Shown: one piece after another, positions 41,172 to 49,993 of the stretch
Layout of the letters: each line of letters opens with the position of its first letter
Numbering within the stretch: position 1 is the first letter of the stretch
Assembly: GCA_047495785.1 (NCBI GenBank)
Contig: JBLDXI010000002.1
Span: 1,674,001-1,738,000 of the forward strand
Length of the DNA stretch: 64,000 bases
DNA from: Lepidodermella squamata
Lineage: Eukaryota; Animalia; Gastrotricha
Direction: 5' to 3'
The notes under the pieces: generated by a model
What the model was told of the DNA's origin: nothing
The model's database searches: none
The model's input: only the letters and a program-made list of their open reading frames with translations
Position numbers and translations under genes: made by a program

Positions 41172-41822
41172 CGTAAAATCTCTCGGAATTAGTGTGAATG
41201 TTATGAATGACCGGTCAACTTGTTTTCTTGTACTTTTGTTATTCACATTGAAAATGGCACGAGTCATTTAAAAATTATGAAAACAGCAGTATTTTAGGAG
41301 CGTGCCTATAGTAGACGACACGTTCTGGCCGATCAGGATAATCGTAATTCATAAATTGATTGATTAAAATCCGGCTGTTTTTGCGGCGACAAGCTTTTCC
41401 ATAAATGGCTCTTTTTCTCACCTTTATTTTTTTAAATAATTTAAAAAAATTTGGTTGTGCGAGCGCGCGAAAATTTGTTAACATTAAATTTTAATTTATG
41501 AATTACTCCCACTTGCGCATTTATTTGCCAATTTTCAGTATCTCTCTCAGTGCTGTACCGTCGTTATGGGGGTTATTATTCAACTTTTTTATCACAATTA
41601 TTCATAGAATTCATAAATTGGTGCCGTAGTTGCAATTTTAGCTATGAAAAGCGCAGAATTTAATTTTTGTTTTGAGACTTGCGTCAAATTCACACTTTTT
41701 ATTTTAATATGTAAATTTTAATATGTAAAGTTTTTATTGATATTGCTGCACTATTGCTCAAATAAGATATTACCATGAGATGCTGCCGAAAAATGGTTAA
41801 AAAAGAATCACAAACGAGATAC

Positions 41823-42553
41823 GGTAACGCTGGTTAATTTTGGACACTACGCCTTATCAACTGAATTGTGCTCGATCAGGAAGGTGAATAAAAATATCGG
41901 TAAAGGTCCTCAGATTCCTTGATAGTTGGGCTTTCCTACGGTTCCAAATTCGAGGTATAATAGAAGTTACCTGTCTTCAACAAAAATTGAAAAGGTAGGA
42001 TGTCTCTAAACGTCGATTTGGGACCTCCCCTAATTCCCAGTCTGAATATATCTCGACTTGCAATTTTTACCAGGAGCAATTGACACCATAAACTCTCGAC
42101 TGGCGGAAAAATTTGTGACCTTTGACGACGGGAATTCGGTACAGGTGACCTCACAGTTCAGGCCTCACGTGGGGCAATTTTGGACATAATAAATGCGTTG
42201 AGCTAAAAATAGCGGGAAAAAAATTTGAATCGAGTTTGGATGACGTCATCAGTTTCTTGGCACCCCGTGAGCATTTTTTTCGGAATTTCAATAAAAGTTT
42301 CAAGTTCTGCACGCATCCCGACAATTATGAATATGCTAATGAGGTGTCCAAATTAACCCCATAAGCGTCCAAATTTAGCCTAACCACGCACCATTTTTAG
42401 AAAATCAAGGTAACATGGGAAAATTACCAAATTTTGCACAGAAATTTGGAGTCTCCCCCCCCCCCCTCCATCACGCCCTGAAATTTTCGCGTGTGTATAA
42501 TTTTTTCTAGAGCTGAAAACCATGTTTTTGTCCAAAATAACTACACTTACGGT
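41823..42553. mobile_element. Degraded Tc1/mariner-pogo-type MITE
   Basis: Left end CGGTAACGCTGGTTAATTTTGGACAC versus right end TTGTCCAAAATAACTACACTTACGG, both flanked by TA. Internal AATTTTGGACA/TGTCCAAATT repeats. Confidence 0.45.
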
Positions 42554-42921
42554 ACATTATTCCGATACAAAGAGCCGCAGGTCTGATTTGTCTCAACTCG
42601 AACGAAGGTCAACTTATTAGGCGTTAGATTGCAGAGCAACAATTGATAGAAACCAAAAAGAGACAGGACATAAAAGCAGATTGAGGAGAAAACGGCAAAA
42701 TGCTACAAACAATCCTGGCTAAGGTAAAGGTAAAACAGCCCTATTACCATTGGTGCCCCTGCTCTGCGCTGCATGCCCTTGACTGCCTGGAATCACGTGA
42801 CGGACCCTCAAGCCTGAGAGCTCTCCTGCTACGCCCTTGCCTTCGCGGGAGTCGACTTCATTGAAGAAGTATTAAAAAATTCGTAAATCGTTTATATTTG
42901 TACTCGCCGTACTCGATTTAC

Positions 42922-43009
42922 CAGAGTTGTCCACGGGCCGGGCCGGATTTTCAGATTCGTTCATACGGACCGGGCTGGGTTCCAAAAATTCGCCACTTGG
43001 ACAACTCTG
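42922..43009. mobile_element. Tiny hAT-like MITE (88 bp)
   Basis: Perfect 12-bp terminal inverted repeat CAGAGTTGTCCA...TGGACAACTCTG. No matching 8-bp target-site duplication found. Confidence 0.45.
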
Positions 43010-44014
43010 CCGCTTGTTTTCGCCGTATACCGTGAAATCCATATTAGAAGGTAGAACCTAAATAGAGGGCAGGCCCGTTTATAAGGCAGAGGGTAAAGGT
43101 CGATTGTTTGAAATAAAGGGCAGACCCGATTTAGAGGGCAGTGCCCTTTGATTGGACACAAATGATCCACATGAAGCATGGAAGCGAGCTCGTAAAGGTT
43201 ACCCGCTGTCTCTTGTCAGCTAATCCACCTTAATCCCTGAGTGTCAGCAAATGATCGCGATTCGTTTAGACAACGCTGAGCGCGATGGGTCGCTTTCTAG
43301 CAGCATGTGGTGGCTATACGCGAAGATGGATAGCAAATTGGCGGCAAGGATTGAACGGATTTTCATGTGCTACCATGCGACTAGGTCATTTGAAAAAATA
43401 TAGGGCAGACCCGAAATACAGGGCAGGTCTCGTTAATAACGTTAGCGACGCGCCAAAACAACCACTTAGATGATTCATCCGAACGTACTTCATGAACGTA
43501 ACGTAATTCAGCTAATACGTTCGGTTTTTTCATGACCTGAACGTAATTCGATTTTACGATCGACATGTAAGCGATTTTACGAGTCGAGGGTAATGAACAA
43601 GTACGATATTTTACCATCTGAATGTAAAACGCGTGTACGATAGGGTCGTGAACAAGGATTACTGTCGAGATGTACTGAGCTACTACGAAGTGAACGTAAA
43701 CACCAAATACGATTGATTCGTACCCAACTTTTACGCCAAGAGCGTACATGAAAATTACGTTCAGATAGTAAGCATGGTTTTACCACTAGACCGTACATTT
43801 CTCTTACAACCAGGACGTAAATGACCATTACTATCGATTAGTAATTCGGCATTACTATTTCACTGTGATAATATAATACTTTCAAAGCATATTCACCATT
43901 TACAATCCTATCGGAGGCGCGAATAACGTTCGAAGCATTATTTATTAGAACAGCCTTTCCACGCTACTCTTAATCGCTGAGGCTGCAAAAATAATCTTTC
44001 TTTTGATATAAGTA

Positions 44015-44165
44015 CCGTATTTTTTGCTACAGCATCCCGGGCTACTAAAATTTCAACCTCGAAATTTTGAAAAATTCGTGAAATTGAGTGTTAGTTGGTC
44101 GTTCAGTTTCATGTTTTCGAACTGACTTGACACCTCATCCCTGGGTTACTGTAACACAAATACGG
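44015..44165. mobile_element. pogo/Tc2-like MITE (151 bp), nested
   Basis: TA-CCGTATTTTTTGCTACAGCATCCCGGG ... CCCTGGGTTACTGTAACACAAATACGG-TA. Confidence 0.75.
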
Positions 44166-45013
44166 TATTCAATTTTTGCGAAAGAAGCGCAAAACGAGAT
44201 ACAATAATGCATGATAGCAAACGTTTTTTATCTTCATCAGAGCTGTCATCATCAAAAAAGGCAACTTTTGTTTGTTTCTACTTTAAAGAGAGTGAACAAA
44301 TTTATCGTTTTTTACCGGTTCGACCTCTTCAGCGTGAACAATTAGTAGCGATTTTAGTTTTTCCACATAAATGCTCGAAATTATCGACATCTCCAGCATA
44401 TCCAAAAGATCTTTTTTCAAGGCTGTTTCACTCCTCGGGGTAGAATAAGCTTTAGGGGGCGGGCCATGTGGTTTCGATGAGGTAATAGCTGCGTAGATCC
44501 ATGGGCAGTGCGCTTCATACCTTTGGAGGAATAGACATGTAGTGATGACTCACTTATTATAGAGATCGTATCGCGCGCACAACGTGGAGCTCGATGCCTG
44601 CCTCACTTGCGCGCGCGAGATGAGGAATCGACAGCACGCTAGTACCATTTTTTCGTCAAATTTTATGATATTGAGCTGTGCATTGGAATGTCTATTGCAG
44701 TGTGCGAAGTAGGATCCGGGAGCTGAGGTGTTTTCTATTTGTTTTCTAGGACCCAGCCGAAGAAATCAAAGGGTCCTCCTGTGGTTTTGGCAGCCTTCCT
44801 CTGGTTGGATTCCCAGAGCTGGGGTGTCGCACCCCTGTACTTCGCACCCTGGTCTATTGCCTTGGAGGAATGGTATGTCTCTATTCCTCCAAGACTGTTA
44901 GCTCATTTCCGGACCCCCCTTAGTTTCGTGCAGGCCCCAACATTAATAGCTCAATCAGAGGGTAAAAGTGGACTTGCGCGCAAACGATAAATCAAAATGT
45001 TTAAATTTCAGGG

Positions 45014-45283
45014 CCGCGCGTGCTACTACTCAGGCAGTCTTTATTTACCAAAATAAAGTTCAGACGATTCCCTATAGAATTGATATAGGGTTCTCGCTTG
45101 AAAAAACTAATGGGAAGATGACACGCCTGGCGCGCAAAATCTAAGGTGTGTGTGTGAAACTTTCCCCCTTATTTTTCACGCGAGAACCCCAAATTCAATC
45201 GATAGAGCATTGTCTGAATTATTTGTTGGTATAGAAACCGAAGTAACCCTTGAAAGTAACCCTTCAACATCTTATAGCGCGCG
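45014..45283. mobile_element. Foldback (palindromic) element, nested
   Basis: TACCAAAATAAAGTTCAGACGATT...GGGTTCTCGCTTGAAAAA is mirrored by TTTTTCACGCGAGAACCCC...ATTGTCTGAATTATTTGTTGGTA, with CCGCGCG/CGCGCGG at the outer ends. Confidence 0.6.
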
Positions 45284-46392
45284 GTATTAAATATGTTAAA
45301 AATGTTGACTTAGCCAACGCTAATATGACTAATTTGCCTTCAAAAAATGCCAAACTAGACCTCGCGACTACCTAAATTGGCAAGAGACAGAAAAAAATCT
45401 GCTATACCTTCGAGCTAGGGCAGGTGGTTTTGACTAAACAAACGAAGACCGGACCGGTTCTTTTTCCGAAATGGGTATGAACCTTGGAGTTATAGCCTGC
45501 ATGAAGATGTCAATAACCCATGAGTGAAATCACGCATAATTTATGAGTTGCGGGAGCCGATCGTACGTTTAATTACTTTCAAATAGTACTACAATTTACG
45601 ATCGAATCGTTACAAGTCTTAACGTCAGGAATGTACTTATTTGTTACCATCGGATAGTACCACATTATACGTTTGGATGGTTATTGGCTTTTACATCAGA
45701 CTCGTAATTTTATTTTACGTGCAGGACGTACTCGATTGTACGTTCAGTATTTTACGTTCTGTTCGTAAACAATAATTACAACTGTATGGTAACAAATCAT
45801 TACGTTCGCCGTTGATCGTAATATGCAATTTACGTTCAGCGACCCGCAGAGCCGATCGTACTTTCCTGAAATGATCTAAAAATAGTAAAGTGGTTGTTTT
45901 GGCGCGTCGCTAACGATAAGGCAGGGGTTCGATTGTTTCAAATATAAGGCAGTGCCTTCTAATTCGGATTTTACGGTAGCTACATTTTCAACCAAACTTG
46001 AAACATCCAACTGAAATTGTTAAAAATAATTGTAGTCAGCAAATAATTGTTTCCGGAGGTCTCTAGGCTACAACTTTATCGGCTCCAAGTTTTATTGGGA
46101 TTTCTGTACTTGCACAAACGATTTTGCACAAAAGCATTTGCACAAATGCAGTTGCACAAAATATTTTGCACAAACTCCATTTTTAAAGCGGAATCAAGTT
46201 TAATAAGAAAATTGAATATACCAAATTGAAGACAAAGCCCATGGGCATCAAAGACTGATTTCGGGCCCTGCTTTCTGAGATATTTTAATGCGTCCGCTTC
46301 GAGTTTAAATTACAAGGGGTGGCGAGTTTCACGTTCGGACCTAGGGCAATGGTGAATTGAATAAATGAATTTTATTGTCTTAACTTTCAAAA

Positions 46393-49290
46393 ATGACCTG
46401 GAAAACGGTTTTCTGGGGTTTTTTGCTGGTTATCTCTGGCTGGTTGCTCTGGGATGTAGACCAGATTGCTCGCCTCATTACGAGCAACACGCTGGTCCTA
46501 AATTTATGTGGGATTGAACATGTTTTCGAACCTTTTTTCCATCTTTTCCGATTTTCATTGAATTCGCTGGTAATGCTCTCAACAATAATCATTGGAACTT
46601 TGCTTATCGCCGTGGGTGAATCCTCAAGAATTGAACTTCTGTCCAACTTCAAACCGAAACGCCTTGAATTCGAAACACCAAGAACCGTGAAGAAACGTCG
46701 TGGCCCTTGCTAGTCGTCGATAACTGCCATTAAACGCCGGTTTGTTATCCTTGTTGTTTGCTTTGCTTTGGGCGAGAAACTGCAATCTAACTATGAATCT
46801 AATTCAATGAAAGCTGTACAATTGCCCCGTCATAGCGGTTTCCAAATGCAAGACATCTTGATAATACGGTATTCATGTCGCAGGAAGCTCATTCGTGGAA
46901 GAGGCCAAGCAGATTGGTTGGTCTATTTGTTGCTCATAACTGCAGGTGACATTGAAATGAACCCTGGCCCGGTATCATCAAACGAAACAATTGATCATGT
47001 ATGGTCAGGCAGCGTCGTTGTTGCTCAGGTTGAAAACGCCCTGAACGAAACAAGGGTTTCATTGGATTTCAACCCAGCTGATAGCCCTCAACCTGCACCC
47101 AGTTCGATTCAGAAACCCAAAAAAGAAAAGACGGTGGTCTGCACTGAAGAAGGTTGCAAAGCTAAATTTCTCGATAACAGAGGCCTTGGATGCCACATTC
47201 GAATGAAACATAAACTGCGGCTGGAACTAATGAGAATCACGTGGAACCTACAGTGGAATGTTCTCACTGTGATCGCAAATTTGCTACGAATAAAGGTTTA
47301 GCTCAACACATCAGGTCAGCGTCGGAAAGAAACGGTCGAAAAGTTTGCAAGATCTACAACTACTACAACTGTTGGAATCGAAAAAGAAGATCGTACCGAG
47401 ATGACCAAATCAAAGAAACAAGTTTCTTTTTTTGCTGAATGGAGCGTCAAATTCAAAACTGTGATAACTAGTAACTGTTCCGATGAAGAATTCGACGAAG
47501 CTGTGTCAGAATTCATGGAGAACCTCCCTAATGTTATTGACGATTTACCGGGCCCTAAGCACCCGGCTCGAAAATATGTCGCTGCCCGAAAGAAAAAGAG
47601 AAAGAACAAAAACTCGCCATCGAAGAAAAACTTTAAGGCATCGTCGAATCCTGCCAGAGCAGCAAAGCGATCGAGAGAAAAATCTAGACATCAATACGAA
47701 TACGAACTGGCTCAATACCTCTTCTACAATCGGCGGCGTCAAGTCGCAAGATTAGTGACCAGCAAGGCCAAGTCCAAAGGTTGCCTAATACCGATAAGTC
47801 AAATTAATTCTTTTTTCGCAACACGATGGGGAAAAGCTAATGACTCGACACGACCTTTCTACGACAATGCGATGACAGTAGACGAACAAACAAAAATTGA
47901 CTCTACTTTCGAATCCGAAACAAGCGCTGACGAAATAAAAGCCGCCGCGGCCGGGATAGCACTTGATACATCTCCTGGACCAGACAGAACACTAATGAGA
48001 GTACTTCATGCGGAAGGCTGCATTGACGTTCTTGTCCTCATATACAACTCCATGCTGAAAAGGAAAATGCTTCCGAGGAGCCTCAAATTAGCAAGAACAG
48101 TGTTGATCGACAAATCTGGAGATTTGGGTGACCCAAACAACTGGCGTCCAATTACGATAACCTCACTTGTTCGAAGGGTTTTCGAACGAATGCTTGATCG
48201 ACGACTACGAGAATACGTAAGTTTTTCGTCTAACCAGCGTGGATTTACATCATGCGCCGGTACACATAAAAACTCGTCGATTGTTTCCGGTTGTCTAAGA
48301 AAAGCGAGGGCAGAAAAGTCTACATGCGTTGTAACCTTTCTGGATCTGGCAAAAGCCTTTGACAACATTGGCTTTGAGCACATTCAGCGCACTCTGGAAA
48401 CATTACCGATACCAAGCAACCTGCGTGAAATGATTCTGGAGCTAATTAATCATAATTCCACTCAGATCGAGGCAAATGGTCACAAAACTTCTAAAATCTC
48501 ATTTCAAAGAGGAGTTATGCAAGGCTCACCAATCTCACCAACCATCTTCAACCTTTGTATCGATTTTGTCCTTCGTGAATTGTCAGAAAAAGAAGTAGCT
48601 GATGCCTATGGTTTTAAGCTTTCATCAGAACTAGCAAACGTTTCAGTGCTCGGCTTTGCAGACGACACAACCCCAGTCGGAAATAGTCGTGATTCCGCTG
48701 CAACACTCGTCGAAATGGCTCGAAACCTCTTCTCTCAAATAGGCTTGGAAGTTAACGTAAAGAAATGCGCAGCGATTATCGTGGAAAATGGTGTTTTATC
48801 CTGCGATCCTTTGATTTTAAGCAACGGAGATTCCATTCCGGCAATCAAAAACGATGAAACGATCAAATATCTTGGCGTCACCTTCCATGATGAAATTGTG
48901 TTTGACGAAGCAGCCGTCATCTCTGAACTGAAGGAACAACTAGAACTGCTAGCAAATTCGAACCTATTACTAGCAGACCAAAAACTGACTATTTTGACTC
49001 AGTTCATCTGGCCAAAGCTTATTTATCCGTTTCAAACGGCGCCAATTAAAGCGATCAGGAAAACATTTTTGGAATCCGTTGACGTCATTATGCGTAGCGT
49101 CGTTAAAGAATGCGTCGGTTTGCCTACAAGCACGCCCACTAGCTTCTTCTATGCTGCTCGTAAACATCGTGGTCTTGGCCTTCCGAAAGCTACTTGGGAA
49201 GCTTATCTTCAAATATATAATATTTGTAGAAAATTGTTAGTTAACGGCGAACCCCTGGTACTGGCCTGCAGAAAAATGCACGATAAATAA
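46393..49290 (+). pseudogene. Retrotransposon polyprotein: hydrophobic leader, 2A-like peptide, ZnF, ZnF, RT (stop at 46711, compensating frameshifts near 47212 and 47320, endonuclease missing)
   Basis: ORFs 46393-46713, 46768-47301 and 47401-49290 share one frame, while the second zinc finger lies in a shifted frame. The RT ORF ends shortly after the thumb with no CCHC/PD-(D/E)xK region. Confidence 0.75.
46948..46971 (+). other. 2A-like ribosomal-skipping (StopGo) motif DIEMNPG/P
   Basis: WLVYLLLITAGDIEMNPGP matches the D(V/I)ExNPGP consensus with the typical LL..AG upstream context. Confidence 0.85.
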
Positions 49291-49993
49291 CCAATACTTA
49301 TTATTAAGAAATATCACCTATACTGAAGTTAATTAATTCATATCTCTGTGTCTTAAAGGCAATGTTACTAAGAATTATGTAACGCAGACCACCAATAAAT
49401 CGGTATCTCTCTCTCTCTCTGAAATCAATCAATCAACGATGCCATGTCCATTTTTTCTGCTACTATCACTCAAGACTGCGCTGCCCTTGCATTAGACAGC
49501 TTTTCTAGGCATTGCATGATGAAATCCGCTATGAAAATGGAGTTTGTGCAAATGCTTTTGTGCAAATGCTTTTTTGCAAAATCGTTTGTGCAAGTACAGG
49601 TAAATCGTTTTATTCTTTTATTTACCGCTGGGCCGTGGCCCCGGATTTCTGAGGCGTTTCTGATGGTGGGGCATTTCCTCCTAGACAGTTGCAAGCTTCC
49701 CCCCCTCTCCCTCTCCCCCATTGCTAGCCGCTGGTTTTTCACCGCAGATCTCCCGTGTGCTGCCATATAGGCTGGGGGAGTGATGATGGATCACTTTACA
49801 CGTGTGATCAATAAGAGTAAAGCCGGTGATTAGGCGCGTGTTAGGCGTGTGATGTATTTAAAAAACAATGATGCATCGCGTGCCTCTTATACTTATGCCA
49901 ATTTAAAAGCTCGTAAACACATTGGAGAACATTTGCATTTCATTTTTACTATACCAACTTTAAGCTGTTTCATCGGCTCCTCTATCGTTCGCA

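Larger units (their letters stand above)
43440..45915. mobile_element. Non-autonomous TIR DNA transposon with 4-bp TSD and periodic subterminal lattice
   Basis: Perfect 28-bp TIR CGTTAGCGACGCGCCAAAACAACCACTT (43440-43467) with its reverse complement at 45888-45915. ATAA is duplicated at 43436-43439 and 45916-45919. Confidence 0.88.
43030..45976. mobile_element. pogo/Tc2-like MITE (outer host), interrupted by the 43440-45915 element
   Basis: TIR CCGTGAAATCCATATTAGAAGG versus CCTTCTAATTCGGATTTTACGG, with TA on both sides. Internal AGGGCAG repeats continue across the insertion point. Confidence 0.75.
46263..49420 (+). mobile_element. Non-LTR retrotransposon, RLE group (R2/NeSL/Utopia-like), degenerate
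   Basis: Two N-terminal C2H2 fingers; RT motifs SPGPD, NWRPITI, QRGF, FLDLAKAFD, GVMQGSPISP, GFADD, YLGV, RGLGL; no APE domain upstream of the RT; 3' AATAAA plus (TC)n tail. The 5' boundary is approximate. Confidence 0.85.
46097..49606. mobile_element. Non-autonomous DNA transposon (Mutator/hAT-like) hosting the retrotransposon
   Basis: About 85-bp inverted repeats of TTGCACAAA units (46104-46190 versus 49523-49599), with an 8-bp direct repeat GTTTTATT at 46089-46096 and 49607-49614. Confidence 0.75.

Noticed and set aside
42717-42860. Minus-strand LINE/SINE 3' fragment with a (TTTACC)n tail
   Set aside because: Only two tail units and no recognisable coding or promoter motif.
43531-43867. 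CRISPR-like repeat-spacer array
   Set aside because: The fixed parts are only 3 bp, the context is eukaryotic, there are no cas genes, and it lies inside a TIR transposon.
46263-46370. HDV-like ribozyme at the retrotransposon 5' end
   Set aside because: Partial pairings exist (GGGCCC/GGACCT and a TTTCACG loop), but I could not assign P2 or J4/2. An Infernal/RNArobo search would decide.
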